Below are positions 12,811 through 25,770 of a stretch of DNA of 64,000 nucleotides, piece after piece (the stretch's first letter is position 1; each line of letters starts with the position of its first letter). The position numbers and the translations under genes were made by a program. A model generated the notes under the pieces. The model did not search any database and was not told the origin of the DNA. It worked only from the letters and a program-made list of their open reading frames with translations. The DNA lies in the NCBI RefSeq assembly GCF_018350175.1, contig NC_058368.1, positions 52,329,815-52,393,814 of the forward strand. The letters run 5' to 3'. The stretch is from Felis catus (Eukaryota).

Positions 12811-13466
12811 AATTTTTCCATTTAGTTACATGTGATAAACATGTGTTGGAGTTCTCAGTGACTAAAATACGTGCCCGCTCTCTGAGGAATCCTGAAATGA
12901 GCAGAACATGGAACCTTGTCCGTAAGACATTCGCCAGCCACCAGGTAGCTCATGCACGAGCCAGCTGTGGAAAGTGCTCTTGGGGAAGTACAAACACAAC
13001 ATGATGAGAAAGCAAAGCGGGAAGATGAGGTGGGGGGGGGGGCGGGCAAAAAGGGTGGTGTTGGAGGAGGCGAGGAAGAGCTTCCTGGAAAAGGTGACAT
13101 ATAAGCTTTAACAGATGAGCAAGAATTCAGAAGTTCAGCATTGCAGATAAAGAGTCTAAGAAAGAGTATGGAGAGAGTACAGATGAATTGGAAAACAATG
13201 AGCGGATTTTCTTGCTTTTAGGGTGTGTGAGAAGAGTTGAGGGAGGAATATGTCAAATGCCATAATAAGCTTGTGTAATTTATTCCATAGACAATGATGA
13301 ACGCTTATGAATTGGAACATGACGTCCTATGAGCTGCCCTTGAGGGACAGGACAAGGTCAGGATGGTGTAAGACGGGCCAGAGTGGGAAAACCATGTTTG
13401 GGTTGTAGACGACCCCTCCACGTTTCAGGGAGGAGGCTTAAACATTCTGAAATCTTTCGATCTTTA

Positions 13467-13677
13467 AAAAATTTTTTTCTAATGTCTATTTATTTTTGAG
13501 AGAGAGACAGAGTGTGAGTGGGGGAGGAGCAGAGAGAGAGGGAGACGCAGAATAGGAAGCAGACTCCGGGCTATCAGCACAGAGCCCCACACGGGGCTTG
13601 AACCCACAAGCCAAGCGGTGAGACCATGACCTGAGCCGAAGTCTGACGCTCAGCCGACAGAGCCACCCAGCCGCCCC
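13467..13677 (-). mobile_element. CanSINE
   Basis: Reverse-complement SINE body; TSD tgaaatctttcNNtcttta at 13448-13466 and 13678-13696. Confidence 0.95.
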
Positions 13678-13852
13678 TGAAATCTTTCAGTCTTTATACC
13701 CTTGGTGATGATGGCAGTAGCAAGAAGCCTGTAACTGAAACCACATTTAAGACGTGTAGGGAGAAGATTTTGTCAGACACACATACTTTCATAAAAGAAT
13801 TATGATGACGTAGTTCATGTGTTTGCTAATAGGAAGTTTCAGGTGCTTTCCA

Positions 13853-14074
13853 GGGGTGCCGGGTGGCTCAGTCAGTTAACCGTCTGACTCTTGATCTCGG
13901 CTGAGGTCATGATCTCACGTTCGTGAGATGGCGTCTCGAGTCAGGATCTGTGCTGATAGCACAGAGCCTGCCTGGGATTCTCTCTCTCCCCCTCTCTCTG
14001 CCTTTCTCTCTCTCTCTCTCTCCCTTTCTCTCTCTCCTTCAAAATAAATAGACTTGGAAAAATGTTGAAAAAAA
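13853..14074 (+). mobile_element. CanSINE (older type with gactcttgat segment)
   Basis: ggggtgccgggtggctcagtc head, (CT)n, aaaataaata tail. Confidence 0.93.
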
Positions 14075-16496
14075 TGAAGTGCTTTTCGAAACATTGCTTT
14101 CTTCAGTAGAGTAAGGATTCCACTGTTTGCATTACTGATGTCAGACAGAGATACATTGAAGTCCAAAAGTATTAAGAAATCAATAATTCTGAAGAGTGGA
14201 TCATAAATTAATGAATGTTTAAAAAACTTTGCAGAAGATTTAAATGTATTTGTGAACGCCCGAAGGACCTCAGTGAATTCTGTCTTGATGCGTAGTGATC
14301 ATGTTATTTGGGAAGTGACATAATAATTCCTTCAGGGATGAAAACAAAGGGCGTCTCTTCACCTCTTCATCAGTCATATTACATATAAAAATATCCTGTC
14401 TGTACCATTGAAGCAATTGCTAAAGAAATTCTTTAGCATGGACTGGAAGTTCTTTAGTATAGCTGAATTGTGCGAGCTGCATGATTATTAATTGCAAGTT
14501 TGAATTTCTGCTTGTGACCTGTTGTTTTATTTTCTTCTTCAAATCTTATTCCTTGAGGCTTGCCCCACCCTCTGTGGTTTTATACCTTTTCTCATGAGTA
14601 TAAATACAACCTATTTGTTTGGTTACTCAGACTGAGGCTTCAGACCAAGGAATTGGAAGTTGCTGCCTCTTGACAGCCTGTGCTTTTTTCTTCTATCATA
14701 AAAAGGATCCTAAGTAAAGAACACCAGCAGTGACTTGTGTAGCTTCTGGGCATTTTTTTGTTCTTGTGATCTAAAGTCCACTTATTGTGTTTTCTGTTAT
14801 TTGGAGGTCATCAAACTTTGATCACTAGGGGGGAGTGTGGGGTTTTGCCTTGATCTTTAAGATCACACTACAGGCTGATTTTTAAAAAACATATATGAAA
14901 GTTTTATTTTAAAATTAAAAAAAAAAGCCACGATTCATTTGTATCAATATAAAATGCTTAAGAATGGTGAAATTCAAAACCGCGCTAATTAGGATTACTT
15001 TATAAATGGAGCTAGGAACGTAGCTAGTGATACTCAAATTCCTCAAATTCATGCGGGTATTTTGTGAAATATAACGCCGTTCTCCTTTTCTGCATCTATT
15101 TGGCCAGATGTGCAAAAGCCTACCACTGGGTCACCACATGTAAGTATGGTGTGGGGGTGGTAAAAAGAGTGATTTGCCATACCATGTGCCCATTTTATCC
15201 ACTAGAGGCCACATGCTATAATCAGACTGAAAAGATTATTTTCTTGTCTTTTAATGACAACATAATCATTTTTGAACATGTAAATGAGTGTACCCTGTAC
15301 TAAATAGAAGCAAGAAATCCTTTTAAGTATTAAATCATAGAGTTTTAGCACCAGAAAAAAAAATTGGGGGGCTCATAAAGGACCCTTCAATGGTCTTCAA
15401 TGGACTTCATGCTTGCCAGAGGTCACTGAGCTAGATAAGGAGATGTTTTTATAACATTGAGCTCATTAATTGACATTAGTTCAATGTTTCCTTTTACACC
15501 AATCTATATTGTTATTTATTTTTACAAATTTACTTGCCATGTGATCTTTTAGCCAAGACGGATTTTGTTCTATTACTTCAGTTGCTACTTTCAATCATAT
15601 GGAAAGAATTAACAAATGCTTCTGAAGTCCATGTCAATTCCATTGTACTGATAGATTTCCTATTTTGGAGGAATATTTTATGAGAGTAAAGAGGAATGAA
15701 AACCATTTGAAAACCAGTGTGAATGATTGTATATGAAAGGATAAATATGTTTTTCTTTTCTTTCATGTTGAAATTTATGGTTTTACACTTATTTCTTCCT
15801 CAGCGTCTTCAAATTCACCTTTGTTACCCTATTTTCAATTCTCTCACAAATAGAAAATAGTCTAAACAATGTAGTGAGGAAAGTCAGATACCTTTTGAGT
15901 AGAAAGCAAATCTAAAGCTTTTATTCAAACTAAGAACATGTCTGGGACTCTCAGATATATCTGACATCTCTAAAGAATGGGTTTATGTCTTCCTAGCTGT
16001 GAGGAGTATTGAAGATACTCAAATAATCATCTAGTCATTTATGAACAAACTAAATGATGGCTATATTCACAAAATGGTGCATCAAATTTAGGTAGCACAT
16101 CAAAGAAAGTCTAAAGCATGTGCTCTTTCACATAAAAGAATATGCCATCTTACCAGAAAAATGGTCACACACACTCAAGTTAAAAAATAAAGAAAGCAAG
16201 ATATGAATGAAATCTAAAAGTCATAAATATCATAATCACTGGAGGAAGTAAGAAAGCGGATAGGTTTTGAAAGCTGGTTAGAATTTGGTAAGTAGAGAAA
16301 AAAGAAGCCTTGTATGCTATGGATAAATCTTTTCAAAGACCAGGATTTGGCAGTCCATGAGCTGAGTTTGAGGAGCCATGAGTTGGCCAATCTGCTCCCA
16401 TAGTGAATCCATAAGGAAGTAACTGCAGTTAATTTTGAAGCAAAAGTAACAGATTTTGAGTGCCGATAAGAAACTATGGATTTGATTCCTACAGAC

Positions 16497-16779
16497 CAGC
16501 ATCTCTCGAAATGCTCCTCTGTGCACCAAACTCTGTTAGGAATAAAAATCTGTGTTAAATAGTTGGAAGAAACCTGCCAACCCAAGCCCCATCCTGGAGA
16601 TTTACATGTTAAAGACCCTGAGGAGATCTGCTATTAAAAATCCATCTGACCGTGTTCAATGCTTTTTCTTTTCTTTTTCTCATCATTTTAAATCTCAAAA
16701 CCCTTAGTTTGGCCTAACATCCTTGGTGTCATCCAGTCTGATGTGGAATATTCCTCAGAATAAAATTTGGGTATTTCTG
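16497..16779. mobile_element. Possible hAT-Charlie MITE (MER103/MER113-like)
   Basis: Begins cagcatctctcgaaatgctcctctgtgcac and ends aatttgggtatttctg, resembling degraded Charlie-type termini. Confidence 0.35.
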
Positions 16780-18024
16780 CAGAAAATAACAATAAAGTCT
16801 TAAACAAGAAAGTGGTACACTGGAATTTCTCTTTTAGAGAGATAAATATGAAAGTTGCATAAATTCAAATAACCCCTGTCCAAGCAGGGATTGGGAAGTA
16901 CAATCTGTCCAATTTGTGCTTAATGGGTTGTTCTCCATGGTGTTCACCATTTCAACAATTGGATTACTAGATTGTATCGTTTTCAGGCACTTATCAAATA
17001 TGATAAATCATTGTAATGTTCAATAAGTTTGACAAGATTCTCCCACCAGAATTTATAAAGTGATGAGTTGCTTCAAATTTTAACATACTTAATAAATATT
17101 GAATGACCTCCTATAGAAAAACAAAACATATTTAGAAAGCAAAGGAAAATAAGCAAAACAGTAGTGTAAATAATCATAACTTCTCATCAGTGAAGGTAAC
17201 AATGGAGTAGATAAGTCTTCAGGCTCTATGTAGTGATGAATTAAAATAAATTAAACCACGTTTTGATGTGTTTGTTATTGTTACTGGTTTGAATGCTTAC
17301 TCATGTCTGGTAGTTGTACCTAAGTGTGATTTTAAAAGAAAATCTCTGAATTCTATAGAAGAAAGAGCTGTCTCCTAGGAAAGGGAGTTTCTGAGCCTGG
17401 CTCACCTTGATACTTAGCTCCTCTTGGGGTTATATAGTCAGATTGAGAGGCATTAAGAATTCCTCTCCTGAAAATGCCTAAAACCACAACCATCACTTAA
17501 ATGGCCATTCAGCAGTGTCAACACAACGCTAGGGTAATAACTCGGCCATAAAAAGCAAGTTCTCCGAAATCTACCGAAGATACAACAAATATGAGTAAAT
17601 GATAAAAATCAAAGCTTCTTCATAGCAGTTGCACAAGAGGCTGTAAAAATTAAAAGAGTACTATAACAGGAGCTTACTCATCAAATGTGATGCCCTCTGA
17701 AAATATTTAAGTTACTTAATTCTTTAGTAAAAATTGTGTGGATAGGAACTATTAAGGTTATCATTACTCTCTTCTATTCAACAAGGAAGAGAAAGAGGGA
17801 ATATATTTACACATAGGAACACATCCACAGGCCAGCAAATGGTTTTTGTAAAAGACGTCTAAGTGTTCTATTCACTGGAAGATTCATTAAGAAGCTTCCT
17901 CCATGGAATGAGAAGAAGGAAAGGAAAAAGCAAAGATTTCATTTAAAAATGGAAAGACTCTGAGAAATTAGTGATTGATATTCTGATATAACAAAATTTG
18001 TCAAAATCAATAGGCAAAGCATCT

Positions 18025-18394
18025 GTACCCATGAAGTTTCCACAAGACAAACAAAACCAGTTTGGATATATGTGTAAAGAGATTTATTGCAAAGAATTGG
18101 CTTCCAGAGTTGTGAGTAGGCAAGGCTGAAATCCATAGATTAGGCTATCTGGAAGGGCAGACTGGAAACTCTCAGGCAGGAGCTAAAATCTCTGTTCTGT
18201 TCTTAAGGCCTTCCCACTGATTGGATCAGTCCTGCCTAGATTTTGAAAGATAATCTCTTCATCCGAGGTCAACTTCCATTGCAGATGCTAATCACATTTA
18301 CATGCACTTTCAGCATAACGCTGGGATTAAGATTTGACTGAACGGTTGGGTACTGATAGCCGAGCCAAGATGACATGCCACACTGACCATCACA
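18025..18394 (-). mobile_element. MLT2 (ERVL) solo LTR
   Basis: gagatttattgcaaagaattggct, ttcttaaggccttcccactgattggat and terminal gccaagatgacat...accatcaca match the reverse complement of MLT2. Confidence 0.8.
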
Positions 18395-19712
18395 GTACCT
18401 TTCTCTCTTAGTAAAGAAACTTTAGCGCCTTTAGGGCTTAAGGCTAAATTAGTTAGGTTGATCATTTTTCCTGGTCTATGTATGTATTTAGTTAAACTTT
18501 ATAGTGTACTGAGTCATAGAGACAGTTTATGTAAATGTCTTCAGTTAGTGTTTTCTTAGTTACTAGTTATAAGCCACAAAGAAAAAATTATTATTTTGCT
18601 TCCTAAAGGCAAGCTGTATTGAGTGTCAAGCATTCATTAATTCAAAGAATCCATATGAAATGTTCATTATTCAGTATTACTTTCAAAAACATGCTTTGAG
18701 ATCTCTTCTTGATACCAATCTCTTCCGGTTTTGAGGAAACTAAAATAAATGGTAAATTATTTATAGGGGATAGACGGTTGGAAGGTGAGGACCCCTTGCC
18801 AAATGGAGAATGACGAACCAGGCTTAAAGGAGAAGATCGTATACTTCATAATAGTGACCCTGGAAAAGGCACATCCTGAAAACGAGAGCAGTAAATTCAT
18901 TATTAGCTTGTCCTATTTCTTGTTTTATCTCCTCTATCAAGGAGAATGAGAAACGGTTGGAAAAATATTGATAGAAAGGGAATTAGGTCTACAATATTGA
19001 AGAGATTGTAGTTGTTTCTTAGTCTCCGAGATCTGCACGATGATAAGAGAGCATGGTCTTCCATTCTTGGGTTCTCCTGTTGGATTATTCTGCAAGTAAA
19101 GCTGTATGCCTGGAGCAGAGTGACAGAGAATAATCTGAGAGGAAAGCAGAAGAAGGAAGGAGAAAACATCTAGGAAAGAGTATATTCCTACTGGATGCAG
19201 GAGAGCATGAGCCCCAGTGGACCCTTCTACCATTTGTAGTATAGGGAGCCTGCCCCAGCTCTTTTCATTTTCATTACATTGTATGAAACTTGCAGATTAT
19301 TGATAAAGAGAGTGAGACTCAGTTGGAACTCAGTGATTTGTTTCAACTCACATGTCAGAGAACTTGTGCTTAGAGGTAAGTTGGTTCACTCACTATTGTT
19401 TTCATTTTATTTCTCCATCAAATCTCAGTGCAGGGTGTGAAATGAAGTTATGTGTGAGCAATTTCTCTGACAATTAGTAATAGCTATTTCTTGTCATCAA
19501 AGCCAGTAAGTGTCCTGTATGAAAGGACTGACCTAGACTTAATAATTATTGAGATGGGATGTTCGTTTGCTCTCTATTAAATATTTTGCTAAAGAATAAA
19601 AATCATTAATTTCATTTTCTACTTTAATGAGATTTCTAGATTTTTAAAATAACAAATATATCAAATTTATCAAAAGTGTTAGTAGGCTCTCCATTAAATA
19701 TTTTGCTAAAGA

Positions 19713-19944
19713 GGGACACCTGGGTGGCTCAGTCGGTTAAGTGTCTGACTTCAGCTCACTTCAAACTCATAGTTCGTGAGTTTGAGCCCTGTGTCAGGCT
19801 CTGTACTGACAGCTCAGAGCCTGGAGCCTGCTTCGGATTCTGTGTCTCCCTTTCTCTCTCTGTCCCTTCCCTACTCATGCTGTCTACCTCTCTCTCTCTC
19901 TCTCTCTCTCAAAAATAAATAAACATTAAAATTTTTTAAAAGCC
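19713..19944 (+). mobile_element. CanSINE
   Basis: SINE body; 15-bp TSD atattttgctaaaga at 19698-19712 and 19945-19959. Confidence 0.95.
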
Positions 19945-21969
19945 ATATTTTGCTAAAGAATAAAAATAATTCTCAGTTCTATATTTTAATGAGATTTCTA
20001 GTTTTCAAAATTGAACATTTGTTAGTCTCTTTAATTGTGAAAACTGTAATAAACTGTAATAAAAGCATACTTTTATTTATGTATACAGAATTTTCCATCA
20101 GTGGACTTACAATAAAGAACAGACTCGATATGTAGGCTCTTTGTAGTCATTCTCTCACAACCATTTTTTGGTAAATATGTGTGGTGTAAAACTGGAATGA
20201 AAGTAGTTTCTTCTTTCTTCTAATCGAAAAGATGTCAATCTTGAAAGGAAAGTATTGTAAATGTGAGAAAGAGAGACCGGATCTATTGTGGTTTTTTTTT
20301 TGTTCTTCTCTTAGGAGTTTTACATCCTTCCCATTCACCCATGTGCCTTTTGTTCAGAGTAATGTATTCTGTGTTAGTATCCTTTTCAGTCCCCTCCAAA
20401 TGCACGGACTGCCAAAATCACAAGATTATGTACAATGGGTTTATGTTGCGGGCGGCTGTCCACCAGGGACTTAACAGGCTGAAATTGTCAACTTGGACTT
20501 ACACCAATGGCCTGAAGCTAAAAGGTAAGTGAAATTTCAGCTGTGCTGTAGAACACTTCAAGTGTGTCTCCATTAAGTCAATGATGTTCTCCAAAAAAGA
20601 GTTATTTCCAGTCAAATAGACAGTTTGCCTCCAATATCAGATGGCATAAAAGAAAAATCCAATAAGCAAAAAGTCTCAGCCAGATGCCAAGAGGCAGATT
20701 ATACCCTGGCACCTCTTCTATTCAGAGACGATCTTCATGAGAAGCGGCACATCACGCGATGTCATGTCGGCGTCTTCTCTGAGGGATTATATTTTAGTCT
20801 CTGAATGATAATTGGTCAGATGGAAACCTCAGCAGTACAACTTCTATTGGGTTACCAGTCCCCCATGTGGTCTCGAGAACTCTTGATCTGTTGGACCTAG
20901 AAAGGAAATACTTCTGTCGACTGTTATCTTGTGTTCGACATACTGCAAAGGTACCTGAGAGCATCATGGTGCGGTTACTCATTGCGATTAGATTTGATAC
21001 TTTGCTTAAAGACTTTGTCAATTAACTTTCCAGGAAGTAGAAAGCACCTAGTATGTTCCAGTGTGTTGGGTGAACTCCCAATTTTTTCAGCCATTTTATA
21101 ATTTACCGTTTGTACACTGAGGCACAAACGAAATGTAGTTAAGAGCAAGTTCAAATCCAAATAGCCTTCTTTCAGATCAACACACTCCCAGTAAGTGTTC
21201 TAGGACCGTAAGTGGGTTTGCTTTGTTAAGATGGCTTTTTAGTCAATATAAAACACAAGGGTTTTAGTTATGGATATTTAGGGTCATTTGAAAATGAGGC
21301 GTGTAGATCTGCCTGTGAATGAGACTCTGAAATGTGGAAAGAAAATATGAGTCAGGTGACCTGACTTGCGGAAAGCACCTTCTCAGGTGAAGATTTTAAG
21401 ATGAAATATAAAACTACTAAATATAAAGCAATACCCGAATTTTTTTCAAAATCATCCCTGAATTTACTATGTCACCTATTGGATATGTTTCGGGGCATCC
21501 AGTCGTGCAGATGATAGAAACATCGGGGCTTCGGGTAGCATCTATTCATTCAATGATATTTATTTATTTGAAAGAAAAAGAGAGACAGAAGGAAAGGAAG
21601 AAAGAAAAAGGAAGAAGAGAGGAATGGAAGGAAGGAGGACTCTTAGGTGCCAGGGTATGGGCTAAATATTGGAGTAAAAAAAAAAAAAGCACCTTCTGGT
21701 AACTTAGAGTTTATAGGGAAGACTTACGTAAACAACAAGTTTCAGAAGGTGGTAAACCCGATTAAAATAGCATCAGTGCAAAGGGAGTAGAGAAGTGAGG
21801 ATATTTTCTCTGGCAGGTGAGAGAGGCTTCACACAGGAGATGACCTTAAGCTGAGTCCTCAGTGATGCGCAGGTGGTATACACACAAAACAAAATAATAA
21901 TAAATAATAATTAATAATAATAAATTAAACGATGCTGAAGTTGTCAACAACAAAATATTGCTGTTCACT

Positions 21970-22915
21970 TTCCCCTATTTTGGCTCCATTTTGCAGATAT
22001 AACTTCATTTCTGTCTTTATTTCTCTCTTGCCATATTCTATTACATTTATGCATTCATTCATATTTATTGATCATACCCTGCCCAATATGTAGGATGAGG
22101 GACATCACCAACCACCCCCCTTCCTCCCTCTTCTTTCCCCACTTACATTCTTACGTCTTAGTTTTGTCAGGTATATATTTGCTTTATATTGTCAAGATGG
22201 ATAACGTTTAAATGCTCTTCTGGGGTCATAATTAAGTCTACCTGGTCTATAGGTGATTCTGAAAGCTGAAAGCCAATTATAGATATTTACATTATCAAGA
22301 TTATATTAAATGGCGTTCACTTGAAAGCCAAGTGGTGGGAAGGATCTCTCTACAATTCACCATCAGCATCCCTCGCACTTTCTAAAGTAAAGGATGCCAT
22401 CAAGACAGGTAAGTGGATTTTCTTACACACTATAAATAGCTCAACATGGTGCCACATTTGAGTTCACTTCTAATATAGACTATGGCATCTCCTATGGAGT
22501 GTTTCCTTCTTGTAGTTTCTAATCACCTCTCATATTTTTGTGTGTGGGGGAAAAACCATATAATTTCTTCACACTTCTGCTAGAATCTTTCCATTGCTCT
22601 TCATTGTTTCTTGCAAGAAATGCACCCTATTTGCCTTAACATTTTCTTGGAAATCATTGCCAATATTTTCATGTGGACTGATAAAGGCGTTCCAAGCTTG
22701 ATACACAGATGTCATCCTGGGATTTTATTTTTTATATCTGCTGAGTTGATTCCACCAACTGGTTTTCAAATCTTGTGATTTGTCTTTTTGTATTTTTTTT
22801 TCTGGAGTATCTATCGAGTGAATATTTCAGAAACAGCAATTAGGAAGTAAATATCTTAATTCTGTATATACTTGAAAACACTTTACTTCACACTGACTGA
22901 CACTCTGGGCATAAA
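21970..22915 (-). mobile_element. Degraded ancient L1 (L1ME-like)
   Basis: T-rich antisense L1-like composition and phrases (aattctgtatatacttgaaaacactttacttcacactgactgacactctgggcataaa). Confidence 0.4.
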
Positions 22916-22924
22916 CTTTTGTCC

Positions 22925-23708
22925 TCATTTGTAACTGTAGCAAATGAGCAAACTTGGTCTAAAATGACACAAACGATGTATCTTACAGTTGCATACGTCA
23001 GAGGTCCATACAGGTCTCATTGGACTAAAATCAAGGTGCCAAGTCTTTGGGGCACCTGGATGGCTCAGTTGGTTGAGCATCAGACTCCGGCTCAGGTCAT
23101 GATCTGGTGGTTTGTGGGTTCGAGCCCCACGTCGCGCTCTGTCCTGACAGCTCAGATCCTGGAGCGTGCTTCGAATTCTGTATCTCCCCCTCTCCTTGTC
23201 CCTCCCCTGCTCACACTCTGTGTCTGTCTCTCGGTAATAAATAAACATTAAAATAAATAAATAAGGTGTCAGCAGGGCTGAGCTCCTTTCTGGAGGTTCT
23301 GCAGAAGAATCCATTTACTGCTCATTCAGGTTGTTGGCAGGATTCAGTTCCTAGTGCTTATAGGATTGAGGTCCCCATTTTCTTGCTGGTTTTAAACTGA
23401 GGGCTGTTCCTGGTTTCTACAGATCGCTGCCTTCCTTGGCTGTTAGCCCCCTGTCACCATCTTCAAAGCCAGCAATACTCACATCACACCTCTCGGACCC
23501 TTCTCCTATTGTCTTATCTCTCTGTGACTTAACCAGAAAAGGTCCTCCTGAAAAAGTAAAGCCCGTGTGGATATTCCAGGATAATCTCACCAACTCAAGG
23601 TCAAAAAACTGAATCACATCTGCAAAGTCTTTTTTGCCATATAAGATAACATTTTCACAGGTTTGGGGAATTAGGTTATGAACGTCTTTAGGAGTCATTT
23701 TTCTGCCT
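22925..23708 (-). mobile_element. MaLR LTR (MLT1E-like) interrupted by a CanSINE
   Basis: tggactaaaatcaaggtg...agcagggctg; ctcattcaggttgttggcaggattcagttc; catcttcaaagccagcaa; aatcacatctgcaaagtctttttgccatataagataaca. Confidence 0.85.
23049..23263 (+). mobile_element. CanSINE nested in MLT1
   Basis: ggggcacctggatggctcagttggttgag head and aataaataaacattaaaa tail. Confidence 0.95.
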
Positions 23709-23749
23709 TGGATCAAAAGTATATTCCCATAGAAATTTAGAGTCACTAC

Positions 23750-24195
23750 TAATTGGCAAATATAATTTTATATATCTAAAGTATGGGGAGCCTGGGTAGC
23801 TCAGTGGATTGAGCGGCTGACTCTTGGTTTTGGCTCAGGGAATGATCTTATGGTTCCTGAGTTCGAGCCCTGCTTCGGACTGTGCACTGACAGTGCGGAG
23901 CCTGCTTGGGATTCTCTAAATAAATAAATAAATAAATAAGTAAATAAACAAACATTTAAAGCGTATGACATGGTGATTTGATACACATTTACATGATGGA
24001 ATGATTAGCAAGATCAAGGTAATGGATACATCTATTACTTCACATAGTTAACTCTTTGTGTGTGTGTGTGTGCATGTGTGTGTGTGTGTGTGTCTGTGTG
24101 GTAAGAATGCTTAAGGTCTACTCCTAGCAACTTTCAAGTATACAATACTGTGTTATTAACTATGGTAACCATGCTATACATTAGATCCTCAGAAC
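23750..24195 (-). mobile_element. Old L1 3' end (L1MA/L1MB-like) with internal (TG)n, interrupted by a SINE
   Basis: caactttcaagtatacaatactgtgttattaactatggtaaccatgctatacattagatcctcagaac is typical antisense L1 3'UTR. Confidence 0.8.
23785..23955 (+). mobile_element. CanSINE lacking the (CT)n segment
   Basis: SINE head to gggattctct joined directly to a (TAAA)n tail. Confidence 0.9.
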
Positions 24196-25658
24196 CAACG
24201 TTTCTTGATGAGATTAAAATTAAACCACAAGTATTTCAGGTCCTGTTTTCTCCTGACTTCCTCTTACCTTATGATTTCTGTTAGGTTGTATCTTAAATAT
24301 TTACTACATACTGTATCAGTAAGATTTATACTGAGGTCAGAGGAGGGGGATATTTGAAACTGAAATTCCAGCTCCAAAAAGAGAGGAAAATATTTGAGAT
24401 AATTGTTGCCTGTTGGAAAACATTGAAGGAGAAAAAATATAATTAAAGTTAGCCTTCTTTCAGATGCCATCCGAGCATGGATAATCACAGATGCTCTGTG
24501 TGGCTGAGACATAATGAGCTTTTCAGTCCTCTCCCTCCTGAACAGTGCGAGGTATTTCCTACCATTTCAACATATGAATATTTTTGCAACACCAGCCCCA
24601 AATAAATACTTTCATCCAGAGTCAGTCTTCTTGTTCTGGTGATTACAATAGCAAGGTGGAGAAAATAAATAGGGTCTGCTGTACAAACTAACATTGTAAT
24701 GAAGATCTAAATTTGCTCGTTATCCCTTGAAACAGCAGTTAGGAGGTACAGAGGGGACGGGATATTGCTGTTCTTTTGCGTACTCTGCAAGGAGAAGGAA
24801 GCAATTTGAATAAAATATCTGACAAATAAACTGTTGGGAATTTGTCAGAAGTGTGTTCGTGGTCTCCGCAGGAAGTCCATGCAGAGAGTGGAAGGCCTGT
24901 AATGATGAGGAGGTCTTTGCCTGCGTCTACATACATTGAGTCCCAAGGAGATCTCTTCTACAAGAATGTCTGTCCCTGAGCATGCGCCACGGGGGTTCCT
25001 CCTACTCCACCCTAGGCCAGTCCAAGAGCTCAAATCCAAAAGACTTCTCCGAGGGGTTATTTAAGATGTGGTGACGTTTTCTATATGCTTCCTATTTAAT
25101 TTACACCCCGATTGGTGACCTATGTAATCAATGCCTGCCTGATCCAATTATTTATTTTCAAATATATTTCTGGCTTCCACCCACCACAAAGAACTGGAGA
25201 ATAGGACGTGTCTTTGATAAAGCTGCCTTTAAAGAGAACCGTAAAAATGGCTTGCTAGGCTACGTTTTAAATAAGAAAGCCTCGTTCCTCGGATAAGTCA
25301 CTCCATGATTTTAAAACTAGTGGAATAGGTAATATGTTAAGAGTTTTATTTTGTCGTGATTTTTAAGTTAAGATTTTAAAGATTTGGTGAAAAATAACTT
25401 TAAGAAATCATTTAAGTTGATTTAAAATGACCTTATGTCTTAAGGTTACAAGTTGAAATATCTACACATTTAAACAGTCTATAAGAAATAGTATCTGATT
25501 TAAAAAGGGGGATGGGGGGTAGTTACAACATACCATATGATAAAATAAATGTAGCTTCTACCTATCTGAAGTGAGAAGTGAATTATGAGTTTGAAGTTTC
25601 ATCATAAAGATTAGCCATTCTGTTTCCCCTACACTTGAAACTAAAGACTTTTTGCCAA

Positions 25659-25770
25659 TATATAGATATAGATATGGATATAGATAGATATGGATTAGAT
25701 ATAGATATCTATATATTTATCCATATAATAAATAAATCGTATTTTATAATATCCATATAATAAATATAAT
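25659..25770. repeat. (ATATAG)n-like low-complexity tract
   Basis: tatagatatagatatggatatagatagatatgg followed by AT-rich repeats. Confidence 0.8.

Noticed and set aside
19290..19381. Consensus donors GAG|gtaagt (about 19376) and CAG|gtaagt (about 22409)
   Set aside because: Both lie in apparent MIR- or L1-derived sequence with weak acceptor pairing; isolated donors are common by chance.
20452..20472. REST/NRSF half-site-like GGACAGCCGCC (minus strand)
   Set aside because: The left half TCAGCACC is missing and the right half is imperfect.
24818..24850. 10-bp inverted repeat tctgacaaat...atttgtcaga
   Set aside because: Too short for a pre-miRNA and plausible by chance in 64 kb.
24901..24980. 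Possible C/D box snoRNA (ATGATGA...CTGA about 78 nt apart)
   Set aside because: No convincing terminal stem and no recognisable rRNA/snRNA guide. The same applies to ATGATGA at 5082.
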